From positions 1 through 64,000 of IMG/VR virus record IMGVR_UViG_3300027566_000007: a stretch of 64,000 nt of DNA. One strand, 5' to 3'. Shown piece by piece: positions 10,066 through 20,983 of this stretch. The notes under the pieces were generated by a model, which was given only the letters and a program-made list of their open reading frames with translations, made no database searches and was not told the origin of the DNA. A program made the position numbers and the translations under genes. Positions within the stretch are counted from its first letter, which is position 1, and each line of letters begins with the position of its first letter. This DNA is from a virus (Duplodnaviria > Caudoviricetes).

Positions 10066-11633
10066 AATATATTGCCGGTGACGGTACAGGCGATTATGAT
10101 GCAGACGGATCAGGCGATCAAGCCACGATAAACAGGGCGTTGTCCTGGGCGGCTGATAATCCGGGGAACGAAGTACATTTGGTTGGTCCTTACACGTATG
10201 ACATAGGATCTACGGTTCTGATTGGCTCTGATACAAAATTCACAGGCGATTCTACCGCGGTCCTTCGACTCAACAATTCATGTACCTGGAATGTAGGCGT
10301 ACCCATTGTTGGACAGATCGGTGGAACTGGAACAGTTTCAAAAAATATCGAAATTTCGGGTTTTTCGATTGATGGTAACGAAAGCCACTTATACGGGGTC
10401 AATGGGCATATTCGCGGGGAAGGCTACTATAATATGATCCACATCCAGGGCCAGAAAGCAAAGCGCGCTACTAATATCAAAATACATCATATGAAAATGT
10501 ATAACGGTATGGGAGACGGCCCACGCCTTGTATTTTGTGACGATCCTCATGTATATAACTGTGATCTGCAAAACCTCATGCACTGTTCGGTATTTTGTAT
10601 TGAGTGCAACGGGGCCTTAACATTTTCAAACACGATTAAGGCTATTTCATGCTCTGGCGTTCGTTACGATCATTGCAGAAATGGAGCCATCTACAGTAAC
10701 AATATTGCAGATTTCACCGGGACAACAAATGCCCCGAAATTTGGAGAGTACGGCGTCCAGATAGGGTTACAGCCCCCTAAGTACGGACACACTACCCTTG
10801 TAGATAATATCGTAATTCGGGATAATACAATTAACGTTAGCGGTTCAGGAGTACAGTTAGAGGACTACCTAAAATCAGCTGGTTCAACGTCTCAAAAAGT
10901 GACAATCACAAACAATCTCATTAAAGGAGGACAGTACAACGGCGCTGCTTATTTTGCGGGAGTCGTTATCTATTCTTGGGGTAACGGTCTAACAATTTCC
11001 AGAAATACTATCGATGGGTCAGGAAGAGCCGGTATTCTCGGGTATAATGCAATTAATTCAAGCTCAAAAGTGTTTGTTACTTATAATAATATAATTAATA
11101 CTGTAAAACTCGGCGGTGACGGTGGTTATGGAATATGGAACAGAGCTTCGGGCCTGAAAATCTCCGCGTCGAATAACTATCTGTCCGGAAATGTTGCAGG
11201 AAAATATAAGGGAATTACACCTCTTTCAGAGTCTAGTGTCTACCTTGATTATGCAGTTCCGGGAAGCACACCGGAAACACCAGATGAACCTGACGAACCG
11301 GAAGAGCCAGATACTCCAGACGAGCCAGACGTCCCACCTGAAGACCCGCCAGACAATCCAGTAAACCCTGTTGACCCAGATGAACCCTATGTCCCTATAG
11401 AACCAATTGACCCTAATCCGCCTGCTGTAGGCTGTACAGGAATCGCTATTTTATCAGGTGGAAAATATGTGTTTTTACCTTATAAAATTCTAGAAATTGG
11501 GGATGATATGCTCTTAGTTCCTACTGATAACGGGTATATCCCGCTGAAGCTTGCAAATGAAACCGAAAAAGGTTCAAACATTACGATGATCCAGGATAAC
11601 AAAGGCAACTATTACGCAATTGAGGGAGTATAA
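10056..11633 (+). CDS. Right-handed beta-helix (disaggregatase-related) tail protein with Pro/Asp/Glu linker
   Basis: YIAGDGTGDYDADGSGDQATINRAL...GPYTYDIGSTVLIGSDTKFTGDSTAVLRL recalls Methanosarcina disaggregatase-related proteins; PbH1-type N/I repeats; PDEP linker. Confidence 0.7.
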   Translation: MVIKYIAGDGTGDYDADGSGDQATINRALSWAADNPGNEVHLVGPYTYDIGSTVLIGSDTKFTGDSTAVLRLNNSCTWNVGVPIVGQIGGTGTVSKNIEISGFSIDGNESHLYGVNGHIRGEGYYNMIHIQGQKAKRATNIKIHHMKMYNGMGDGPRLVFCDDPHVYNCDLQNLMHCSVFCIECNGALTFSNTIKAISCSGVRYDHCRNGAIYSNNIADFTGTTNAPKFGEYGVQIGLQPPKYGHTTLVDNIVIRDNTINVSGSGVQLEDYLKSAGSTSQKVTITNNLIKGGQYNGAAYFAGVVIYSWGNGLTISRNTIDGSGRAGILGYNAINSSSKVFVTYNNIINTVKLGGDGGYGIWNRASGLKISASNNYLSGNVAGKYKGITPLSESSVYLDYAVPGSTPETPDEPDEPEEPDTPDEPDVPPEDPPDNPVNPVDPDEPYVPIEPIDPNPPAVGCTGIAILSGGKYVFLPYKILEIGDDMLLVPTDNGYIPLKLANETEKGSNITMIQDNKGNYYAIEGV

Positions 11634-11915
11634 ATGCTTGCAGAATCGTCAATTTACCCGGCTGAAATCCGACTAGAAAAAGTATCGGCAGGGATTGCTA
11701 CAATCCGCGTTCGTTGGGATATCCAAGGCGTGTTGATTGATGAAAAACTTTCGTACAGGTATGAAGAGGCCATAATAACTAAGGAACTACCTGCTTCGTA
11801 TGTTACAGATAGTCAGACAGTACATATCTCAACCCGGCAAGATGTTGAAAATTACCTTGAAGTAGTCAAAGACGAGATCATTTCACAGGCTAAAATGTCA
11901 ATATTCGAGGTATAA
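11634..11915 (+). CDS. Small tail-associated protein
   Basis: 93 aa in tail operon. Confidence 0.45.
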   Translation: MLAESSIYPAEIRLEKVSAGIATIRVRWDIQGVLIDEKLSYRYEEAIITKELPASYVTDSQTVHISTRQDVENYLEVVKDEIISQAKMSIFEV

Positions 11916-11916
11916 C

Positions 11917-12186
11917 ATGAGACTAAAATTACTTACCCCCGATGTTTCCGAGGACGGGAAGCTCATATTTCCGTTTGTCGATCAGGACGACGTAACCCAG
12001 ACAGTAATACTGATTGAAAAAGTCGTATCGGCTGAATATTTAGAGGCTGATATCCTAACAGCAAAAACCGCAGCAATTGAAGAGGCGCGAACTATGGCAA
12101 CAGCGAACGAAGCAAACCGAACTGCAAGAGAACGGGCCATAGCCGCCATAACCGAAGCTGGGTTAGGAGAAGAAGAAATTATATGA
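11917..12186 (+). CDS. Small tail-associated protein
   Basis: 89 aa in tail operon, ATGA overlap with next gene. Confidence 0.45.
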   Translation: MRLKLLTPDVSEDGKLIFPFVDQDDVTQTVILIEKVVSAEYLEADILTAKTAAIEEARTMATANEANRTARERAIAAITEAGLGEEEII

Positions 12187-14804
12187 ATGATCCTGACCTA
12201 CCTTTTGAGCCTCTGGTATTCGAGGGCGACACATACACATTTTCAAATTTTACAAACTTAGTTTTATTTACGGATGAGCCTGACGCTCTTCTTAATTTCA
12301 ATCAATTTCTTGGAAATGTCCATAGGTGTACATTTTCAGAAACCCCATGCGGAGGCGCGAAGAATGTACGCTTTTTAGACATGTTTCCAGGATCTATCTC
12401 AATTGAAGTAGGGAAAGACTGTTATCTAAAATCATCAGGTGGTCATGTAGGGAAAGTTCTTTCGGCTGGTCAACTTGCGGAAAGTCAGGAAATAATTACT
12501 TCGGATAGTGACGGGATAGCTTATAGGCTTGCAAATGGTGAAGTTTACCAGATGCAGAATGGAGATGTTTATTTAGTAACGCCTCCAAAAACTATAGTAA
12601 GTAAGTTTTCAATATTTAATCCTTCCTCAGAGTGGGCACTGTGTATATTATCAATCAGATGCCCAGATCACTCGTCGATAAAATTGTACAACCTTGATAC
12701 AAAGAACTATGAAATGCTCTCTGCTTTGAATATAAAGCAAACATCAGGCACAGTAAACTCTTTTTCATTTAATAGAATGCTCAGACCTCACTCAATTGAA
12801 AATCTACAACTAATGATAGGGTATGACGATCTGTCTTGGACTTACGAGTTTGGATCTGGTGGGGATCAAGCAAACGGACTATGGAACTTAAAAACATTCT
12901 TAGCTTTTTATGATCCTACAACAAAGGATGTTTACTATTTATTGTTTACGAAAGTCCCTGACGGTCTTACATGCTCAATAGATGAAGCAGGCAATGTTAC
13001 AGAGCTTATTATCCCTCGGTCCAATCACACTGTCTACTTTGGAAAAATGAAATATGCTCTGATAAATCAGACGGTAGATGGCGTACCTACCTGCTTTATA
13101 CCCTCAGAACGTGGCTCTCTTGCTGAGTTTCTGAAACGGTATTTTGCAGTAGTAGATATTCAGTCCGAAATTGACCTAAAAACTTATGTTGTACCTGCAA
13201 TATCGGATGATAAAATTCTACCGTCTACTGTTCTTCCGACTACTCGCTTATCAAATTTGATATCTTGCCAGGTGTGTCCGAATGAGTATAGGTCTGAAAG
13301 TTTTGTATTAAGATCTGACAAGGATGTAACACTCACTATTGAAGCATCTGATCTTGTTTCAGGTGAAAATACAATATCAGCAAGCGCCATAAATATAAGA
13401 TATGTCGATTGCTGGTATCAGGCAGGGTGTGATGCCAAAAGCACACACAAAGCCGGAAAGTTTCTAACTCCTGAACTCTTGACTTATGATCCTGAGCTTG
13501 TCAGGACAAACTGTGATGAGTGGGAAACCTGGAACCTTTCGAACCCGTATGCAAAAAATGAGTTGAAGCTCCAAGACGGTTCTTATATTGATATTACCAC
13601 ACCGACCAATAGTACTTCTGGGACATATCAACCCACAATTGAAGAGCGTCCCGTTTATGATGCTGAAACACTTCAACCGCTGCACCTTAAAAAAGATTTG
13701 AACCGGCAAATATGGCTAACTATTTTGGTACCAGATGGTTCGGAGCCGGGGATATATCGAAGTACAATATCGATAAAAGCCGGCAGAACTACTCTAAAAA
13801 CAATAATGCTTTCTGTAGAAGTTCTTGACATTGAGTTGTTGGACTCTGAAAACGATAGTATTTATTACAGAGGAAAAATTACTTCAACCGGTGCTGCTAC
13901 TGTTTCTTCTGAAACAAAGTCGGAAGCTCAATTTTTAGCGGACCATATTAACATGGTCCGGCACGGCATAAAAAACCCTCAGTTGATGACCCAGACGGCT
14001 GCTATACTCCCGACTTCCCTTGCTATCAGGGCTCAATGTGGAATCAGCAACGCTGACCTGTTTTATAATGGATACCCTAATATAAATGCATCACTCGCGG
14101 GAATAGAATCTTGGAATGATACCTGCGTAGCTAATGGGGTTACCCAACTGTATATTTACGGAGTTGACGAAAGTGATATGTCTTCGCTGACTTCGAAAAT
14201 GACTGACATACACAATTTAGGCGTGAAAATATATTGTTCTCAGAGTCCGGCTAACGCGCTTGCTATAAAAGATTATTTAGATGTTGCGATTGGAAGCGGT
14301 TCGTTCACTGCCGACCAGATTTTGGAATTCAAGTCAACGGGGCATGATATATACTCATATGGAAACCCGCAAACGGTCCCAGAGTATGCACTAACATTTA
14401 GAAGAAATTACGGTTTATATCTTTGGCAGCTTGGATATAAAGGGGCATTTCCTTATGCTTGGCAGCATAGCTTCTGGGATATTTGGAATGATTTCGACGA
14501 TAATTATTCAGGTCAAGAGTTTTACAGAGATCACTGTTTCACGTATCCGGCTGCCGACAAACCCATAGATACTATACAGTATGAAGGGTTTGCAGCCGGA
14601 ATTATAGACAGACGATATATGGCAACTCTTCAGGATGCCGTTGCTACGGCGAAAACTGCGTATATCAACACTACAACAATTGATAATTGGCTAAATGCTT
14701 TGCTACTTACAGACCTCTCAACGGTAGATCTTGATGATGTGAGAGGGCAGATGATTGATTATATCCTACTGTTAAAAAGTTTATTAATAACACTTCCGGT
14801 GTGA
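12183..14804 (+). CDS. Tail-associated glycoside hydrolase, GH123/DUF4091-like
   Basis: PNEYRSESFVLR...SDL...I.IRYV; RQIWLTILVPDGSEPGIYRSTISI; YIYGVDES (adjacent DE); GLYLWQLGYKGAFPYAW; DTIQYEGFAAGIIDRRY. Confidence 0.65.
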   Translation: MNDPDLPFEPLVFEGDTYTFSNFTNLVLFTDEPDALLNFNQFLGNVHRCTFSETPCGGAKNVRFLDMFPGSISIEVGKDCYLKSSGGHVGKVLSAGQLAESQEIITSDSDGIAYRLANGEVYQMQNGDVYLVTPPKTIVSKFSIFNPSSEWALCILSIRCPDHSSIKLYNLDTKNYEMLSALNIKQTSGTVNSFSFNRMLRPHSIENLQLMIGYDDLSWTYEFGSGGDQANGLWNLKTFLAFYDPTTKDVYYLLFTKVPDGLTCSIDEAGNVTELIIPRSNHTVYFGKMKYALINQTVDGVPTCFIPSERGSLAEFLKRYFAVVDIQSEIDLKTYVVPAISDDKILPSTVLPTTRLSNLISCQVCPNEYRSESFVLRSDKDVTLTIEASDLVSGENTISASAINIRYVDCWYQAGCDAKSTHKAGKFLTPELLTYDPELVRTNCDEWETWNLSNPYAKNELKLQDGSYIDITTPTNSTSGTYQPTIEERPVYDAETLQPLHLKKDLNRQIWLTILVPDGSEPGIYRSTISIKAGRTTLKTIMLSVEVLDIELLDSENDSIYYRGKITSTGAATVSSETKSEAQFLADHINMVRHGIKNPQLMTQTAAILPTSLAIRAQCGISNADLFYNGYPNINASLAGIESWNDTCVANGVTQLYIYGVDESDMSSLTSKMTDIHNLGVKIYCSQSPANALAIKDYLDVAIGSGSFTADQILEFKSTGHDIYSYGNPQTVPEYALTFRRNYGLYLWQLGYKGAFPYAWQHSFWDIWNDFDDNYSGQEFYRDHCFTYPAADKPIDTIQYEGFAAGIIDRRYMATLQDAVATAKTAYINTTTIDNWLNALLLTDLSTVDLDDVRGQMIDYILLLKSLLITLPV

Positions 14805-14808
14805 TACC

Positions 14809-16305
14809 ATGGTAACTTATTTTGAGGGAAACGTCCCAGACGGTCCGACTATGAACGCTTATATGGACACGCTGAAATTCATTACAAACACAATTTATAC
14901 ACCTATTGGATTCAGGATCGATACACAGTCATCCAGCCAGGCAGTTCAAATAGTGGACGTTAACGGAAATTCGTATACACCACCAACCGGCTTTTTTAAC
15001 TCTCATCCTCTTTGGGCTGGAATGTGGGCAGCATTTTATAACAGGAGCACCGGAACCTTTTCAACTGGAAATACTAATATAGGGAGTCCTAAAGTATTTA
15101 CAGGCGCCGACGGTGATGTTTTTGTAAGGATTCCTGGGGCTAATTATAGATACCGGTTTGTTGATAATAGATATCATGAGCACATTGTAGCACCGCTTTC
15201 AGTACAGTTTCAGGGGAGTGCACCGCATCCATTTACGGTTATGCGTGGGGGAACGGTTAGACCTTTTGTGTACCACAGTGCTTACGAAGCATCTTTGTTG
15301 ATTGACGACACTGGAAACTATAAGCTTCAGTCTGTTTCGGGCGTTCAGCCGGTCACCGGGGCTGCAATTTCAAAATTGCAGTTTACAAGTGGTGGAACTA
15401 ACGCTATACAAATTGATGAAGTGATAACCGGTGCTACGAGCGGCGCTTATGGTACAGTAATAGGCATTCAGAAGAGTTCTGGAACCTGGGCAGGGGGGGA
15501 TGCAGCAGGTTATCTTTTTCTAAAACAGATAACTGGTACTTTCCAGGCGGAAAATCTAAATGGATCTGTCGCAGGCACTAATTGCGCAACGGCGGCGGGT
15601 GCTTCCTCTGCTTTGTCATTTACAGTAACAAATGCAGAAACTTATGCTGCAAACAAAGGTTCTAAATTTGGTGTTATCGATATCTACCTTAAAGCTTATC
15701 TTGATTTGTTGCAGGTAATTGAAGCTGGGACCTTAGATGTGCCTTCTGTGTTTGGAATGGGTATAGTAGACTTACCAGTCGGCACAGGTTTTGCCGGGAA
15801 AGTCACCGGCTCAGATAATATCGATAGTCTTCTCGATTCACAGGGAACCGGACATGGGGACGGTATTGACGGGCAGGTAGCAATCTCATGGAGAAATATA
15901 AGAAACAGATACGGTAACACATATAAACACCTGTTAGGTTTTAATGTGTTTACAGATAAGGCTTTCCGAGTGACTAAAAGGGATGGTACTGGTACTCTTG
16001 CTGAAATTATGGCAGATGGGTCTTATGAGGTTGGTGAGGGTATTGTACCAACAACTGATGGATACACGAAAACGGTGTGGCCTGGAGAAATAGGCGGTCC
16101 GCTTTTCGTGACAAAAACTAATAATGGTTCGAGTACGGAAACTTTTGGAGATGGGTGGTTTGGGCCGTCGAGTGCTAATAATTCTATTTTTTATGGGGGT
16201 GCTTGGAGATCTGTATATCAGGCAGGGCCTTTTATGATGTCGGCTTCAAGCGCGGCCGGGGCTTATAGTGCATCATTGGGTACGCATTTTGTTTATTATC
16301 CATAA
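14809..16305 (+). CDS. Tail fibre/receptor-binding protein with C-terminal C-type-lectin (Mtd/FGE-like) fold
   Basis: DVFVRIP, FVYHSAYEAS, WRNIRNRYGN; ends FYGGAW....AGPF...LGTH; last tail gene. Confidence 0.65.
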   Translation: MVTYFEGNVPDGPTMNAYMDTLKFITNTIYTPIGFRIDTQSSSQAVQIVDVNGNSYTPPTGFFNSHPLWAGMWAAFYNRSTGTFSTGNTNIGSPKVFTGADGDVFVRIPGANYRYRFVDNRYHEHIVAPLSVQFQGSAPHPFTVMRGGTVRPFVYHSAYEASLLIDDTGNYKLQSVSGVQPVTGAAISKLQFTSGGTNAIQIDEVITGATSGAYGTVIGIQKSSGTWAGGDAAGYLFLKQITGTFQAENLNGSVAGTNCATAAGASSALSFTVTNAETYAANKGSKFGVIDIYLKAYLDLLQVIEAGTLDVPSVFGMGIVDLPVGTGFAGKVTGSDNIDSLLDSQGTGHGDGIDGQVAISWRNIRNRYGNTYKHLLGFNVFTDKAFRVTKRDGTGTLAEIMADGSYEVGEGIVPTTDGYTKTVWPGEIGGPLFVTKTNNGSSTETFGDGWFGPSSANNSIFYGGAWRSVYQAGPFMMSASSAAGAYSASLGTHFVYYP

Positions 16306-16324
16306 GAAAAAAGGAGGTGATATA

Positions 16325-16363
16325 ATGGCATGTGGTGGAAATGGAAAGAAACCGAAGAAATGA
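16325..16363 (+). CDS. 12-aa basic micropeptide MACGGNGKKPKK
   Basis: Perfect RBS AAGGAGGTGAT at 16311-16321 before ATG. Confidence 0.4.
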   Translation: MACGGNGKKPKK

Positions 16364-19300
16364 TTAAAATGTAAAATATTTATCTTTTAAAATTTTCATT
16401 TTTTTCTTTGCATAAGGTATGTTTTTATATTTTTTATCAAATATTATATTTGGTGGCTCATTATCAAAAATTGTTTGATATTTTAAAGTTCCGTCTATGT
16501 ATAATACAAGTTCTCCGGTTTTTATTTTCCCGTTTGTGTATTTTGTTATATAGTGTTCACGACTTATAATTTCCATACCAACCTCGTTTATTATATTAGG
16601 TTGTGTTCAAATCGCTATACAGACGGCAGTGTTTGAAACAGTTCACTGTCTTCTTTTTTATATTTTTCATTATTATTTATTGCATCAACAACAGGTTTAA
16701 TAACGCTGTATAGTGCATTGCCAATTGATAAAATCATATTTTTTAAGTTTTCAGCGAATGTCTTAAACGCTCTTATAGCTGACCTCCATATATACTCTGG
16801 GTCACTTCTCATTTTTTTAAGTTTTAAGAGTTCAATTTCAAGCTCTTCAGGGCCACGTTTTGGAGCTTTTGAGATAAGTCTTTTATTCAATCTCATCATT
16901 TTCATCCTCGTCTTCATCGACATCATTTGGATCAAAATACTCAGTGTGTATTAATACACTTGGCTCACCATAATTAACTACCTTTGGATATACTTTTATG
17001 ATTGGGGCCAACACATACCCACTTTCTGTTACAGCATATACTTTAAGATCTGGGTCTTGTTTTTTGAGTTCCTCGATGAGTTCTTTTACTATCATTTTTA
17101 TGCCTCGTTTATTAAGATTTAATCCAACTCGATACTTTCAACATAGTCCTTCCATGCCAAGACAACCGCGTTGTATGTTTTTTGATCGTCGACTTTTAAC
17201 AAACTCTCCGGTATTTCACATTTAAAATTCATTTCTTTTTCGTAGTATTTAGGGAGTAGGCTGAATTCACCACTTACTACTTTTTTATAAAATTCTATGA
17301 AAGACCATGCTTTATTATATTTCATATATTCTCCTCAACACTTTACCCACTTCAGAACCTCTCTTGCCTGCTTCCCTTAAAGGTTCATCTGTTAATATGA
17401 TTCCTTGTTTAGAAAGTGATCTAACTGTCTTCATATCAAAAATCATTGCCTGAATTTGAGTCAATTGTATCAACCTCTTGTTGGTTTTTCCGCGTAAAAT
17501 GACTGTGAATTCTGAAATATTATTTTGGGATCAGCATCTATGACTAAAGCTTCTGTTTTTATATTCCTCCATCCATCTTCTTTTAATATCATTATGGCTT
17601 TTTCATACTGATCGTTATTATCTGTTGAGAATGATATGCTGTTTTTAAACTCTTTAACGTTTTTAATACCTATGTCGTTTAGTCGTTTAGATATCATTTA
17701 TTCCCTCGTTTCTTATTATGTTTTATCAGCTTCCTATTAACCTTATTAACCTGCTTAGTAATCTTGTTTACTGCCGGAGCAAGTACTTTATCAGCCATCG
17801 TCAATTCTCGTTTCTTAGAGTCTGCCTGAGCATCTGTACTGAAATCAGCTTCCTTGAGCATTTGATTATATACTTCAAGCTCTTTTAAATAATCTTCATC
17901 TGTTTTTGCAGCCTCAAGTTTTTTAAGTTGGCTGTTTAGAGCTTTTCCTGCTTCTTCTGTTGTTATTCCTCCAAAATTACTTATTTCATCCATGTCCTAA
18001 ACCTCTTGTTTATTTTTTCAGCACAAAATTTATACAGATCTGCCTATCTGGGTCTTCTGAATAGTCGCCTTCTGGTGTAATACAGGGAGCTCTTTCAAAA
18101 AAATCACAGTCTTTGCAGGTTTTGCCTTCAAAATAGTTGACCGCGTTGAGTACGGTAATTACTTTTAATTTCATATAATCATGAGTACGCTCATTAGCGT
18201 CGCTCCATTTGAAGGAGGGACCAGGTAAACCAAACTCTTTTTGAATAGATAACATGAGTTCTTCGTAGAGTATCTTAGCAACCGGTTCTATTGTATTGGG
18301 GTAGTCTTTTGCATCAGACATCATATTTCCTCCGGAAATCTGCAAACATAGGAGTGTACGGCATTCCTACTCGATCCATTTCGTCTTTTCTCCTGTCAAG
18401 CTCCGGGCAGGCTTCTTTCATCTCGTTATATGACGAAAATTTCTGCCCAGGATAAAGGTCTTGATCAGGGATGTACTCAGGAATTAATAAGGGTTCTGAA
18501 ATTTCTGCAGACATTTAAACCACCTCACTCATTACAATTTTCTTGTTGTTGTCTTGCTTCCCTCCGTGAGTCAAGGAGGTCAAAGATTCTTTCATTCGTG
18601 GCTGTTTCAAGCAGGTTATTATAATCTGATTCAAGATCCATTTAACATCCCTGCTGTTCGTCAACGTACTTCAACCAGTCGTATTGCTCACTGATAAACT
18701 CTTCATCGCCCACTGTAGCAAGTTCTATTCCTTGCCATCCAAGAGCTTTTAGGCTTAGAGCATCTTCTTTACGGAGTGGGAATATTAGACCAGTCGGCGT
18801 TCTGTGAACGTAAAACTGTTGAAGTAGTATCATTTTGTGAAGTAGTTCAGACATGATTTAAGCTCCTTGGCTTTTCCTTTTCCCTGGATACAAGCATTTT
18901 TCAGGGTATATTCTGCCTATACAGCCCGCGCAAGACGGACGTGTGAAACAGTCAGAAGGAGTTTCGCAGATATCGACGGTAATCATTTAGACCACCCTTA
19001 CCCGAATTTTCCCCTTTCTTTGCCGGATAAATAACAGAGCAGCACGTTCTACGATAATGAGATATTTGGATTTCATCAAAACACTTCCTTAGTATATACA
19101 ACCCCAAGCCGCTCAAGTTTTGAACAGAATCCAGCTGCTTTATCTGAATCTCGGAAGGTTAGAACGTCCATGCCTCCACGAGTTGAAATGAGAATGAAAG
19201 GAATCATTTTTTTACCTCTTCGGTATGTAACTCCATCCTTGCAAACCAAACTATAACGTCTGTATTGCCCAATTTCTCTGCAAATCCCTTACTAACGGCC

Positions 19301-19943
19301 CCGGTTAAATGTGATTTTCCAACTTCAATTAAGGGAACAAGATTTTTGATAAGTTCTATGAACTCAGAAGGTTCTATCCCGTACTTATAATCTAGTTCTA
19401 GCCATACAAGTTCGTCATCGGTTTGATTACTCATATTAAGTATATGGGCCGCGAGATCACAGCAATCTTCATCTGACATTTCAATTTTATTAGATTGGGC
19501 CATTTCAATCATCCTCTGGTGTCTCAGTCTTGCGGTTAGTCTTTCGTCTTGCATTTCTGGCATTTACTACCCGGATTGGCTGTTTCGATTTTATCATTAT
19601 TTTCACTCCATTACGAACAAAAAAATAAAAATTAGGCTTTCTGCCTGTCCTCATTAAACCACTGTGTAAAATCTGCATTAGTAACCGTTCTTTTTGCCAC
19701 TCTTTCGCAGTGTGAACACGTCCAGGTTTCTTCTATTCCTTGTGAGATCTTAACAATATTTACCAAGCTCATTGAGCTCTCAGTCTTGCAGGCCGAACAG
19801 GTACATCTTTTTTTCATGATTGATTCGATGTAACTTTTTACATAGTTCCTGTAAGCCTCGTTTCGGGCTTGTCTTATTCTTTCAAGCCTGTCAGCTTCAG
19901 CATTGAAGATGTATTGAGTACATTCTGAAAGACCGTTTGACAT
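16364..19943 (-). other. Leftward block of about a dozen small hypothetical ORFs
   Basis: Closely packed minus-strand ORFs (e.g. 16615..16935, 16883..17095, 17470..17697, 17694..17993, 18010..18345, 18642..18854, 19204..19563, 19632..19943). Confidence 0.7.
19204..19563 (-). CDS. Hypothetical protein, paralog of 31835..32239
   Basis: Shared LAAH.LNM.N...VW..L...GI...F..L...L.PLI..G...KGFA..LG. Confidence 0.65.
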   Translation of the reverse strand: MPEMQDERLTARLRHQRMIEMAQSNKIEMSDEDCCDLAAHILNMSNQTDDELVWLELDYKYGIEPSEFIELIKNLVPLIEVGKSHLTGAVSKGFAEKLGNTDVIVWFARMELHTEEVKK

Positions 19944-20056
19944 TTTGTTGCGCTCCGTTTAACTTAGTATATAGTAATAGCACTTTATACTATATATACT
20001 TAATCTACTTGGTATACTAGATAAACTTTAAATACGATGAATACTCTTTTTAAGAC

Positions 20057-20212
20057 ATGGCAGAAAAGCAAATAAAAAAACAGAATCCAACTCAGAAAGT
20101 ATCGCCTGAAAATTTAGAGCGTGTTGCGAATATAGGTAAATATGGAGAGTCTTTCGATGATGTATTAAGCAGACTTATAAAATATTGGGAGACTGGAAAG
20201 AAGGAGGAATAA
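20057..20212 (+). CDS. Small RHH/antitoxin-like DNA-binding protein (51 aa)
   Basis: QKVSPENLERVANIGKYGESFDDVLSRLI; resembles 48522..48704. Confidence 0.55.
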   Translation: MAEKQIKKQNPTQKVSPENLERVANIGKYGESFDDVLSRLIKYWETGKKEE

Positions 20213-20413
20213 ACAATGTATGCAGACATGATGCAAGAGTTAATAATCCGTGCCGGAAAATGTGCCGAACCAATGAAATAAATGGCTAAAGCGGCGAATA
20301 GTATCAGTATACCCCAGGAATTGTTAGATACTATGAAACTAAAATAAAATTATTGAAAAATAAGTAAGTTAAAATAATCAATCATCGTTAAAAACTAAAA
20401 AAGAGGAATTGAC

Positions 20414-20824
20414 ATGAAAACAGTATACAAAATATTAATTGCAGTCGTAGCAATTTTTTTGTTGCTTGGCTGTGTTGGAAGTAACACAAACAACAGCGAG
20501 AATACTAAAGCAGACACCCCACCCGAAACAACAAAGTCTACTCCAGCTGAAACGCAAGAAGTCCTAACGGTAACTGAAAATACCCTCACAAAAGACCAGT
20601 ATGGATATTACTATGTGCAAGGTACAGCCGTTGCGAATAAAGATCTCGGATACGCTGAAATTGACGCTCAGTTCACAGACGCAGACGGGGCAGTCGTCGG
20701 AAGCTTCTTGACTAACACACAAAATCTGAAAAAAGGACAGACATGGAAGTTTAAGATAATTGGCCCTGTCGATAGTACCGTAGTTGTGACAGGAGCAAAC
20801 ATTACAAAGGTTTCAGGGTTTTGA
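20414..20824 (+). CDS. Lipoprotein with FxLYD-type Ig-like domain
   Basis: Signal peptide + LLGC lipobox; YYVQGTAVAN...YAEIDAQFTDADGAVVG...NL..GQTWKF. Confidence 0.75.
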   Translation: MKTVYKILIAVVAIFLLLGCVGSNTNNSENTKADTPPETTKSTPAETQEVLTVTENTLTKDQYGYYYVQGTAVANKDLGYAEIDAQFTDADGAVVGSFLTNTQNLKKGQTWKFKIIGPVDSTVVVTGANITKVSGF

Positions 20825-20983
20825 GGGGCTGTATAAAGCCCTATATTCAACTTTTTTTAATTGGTTAATACATTTACATTAACTTTTTTCAAAACTCTTC
20901 TTATAGTCGCTGTTAAATTTTGATTTTCGTTTTTACCTTCTCGCTCAGATAAAAATAATCAGAGGTATCCGAGCGAGGAAAAT

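Noticed and set aside
14809-16305. Complete diversity-generating retroelement
   Set aside because: No RT, Avd or template repeat found in the window
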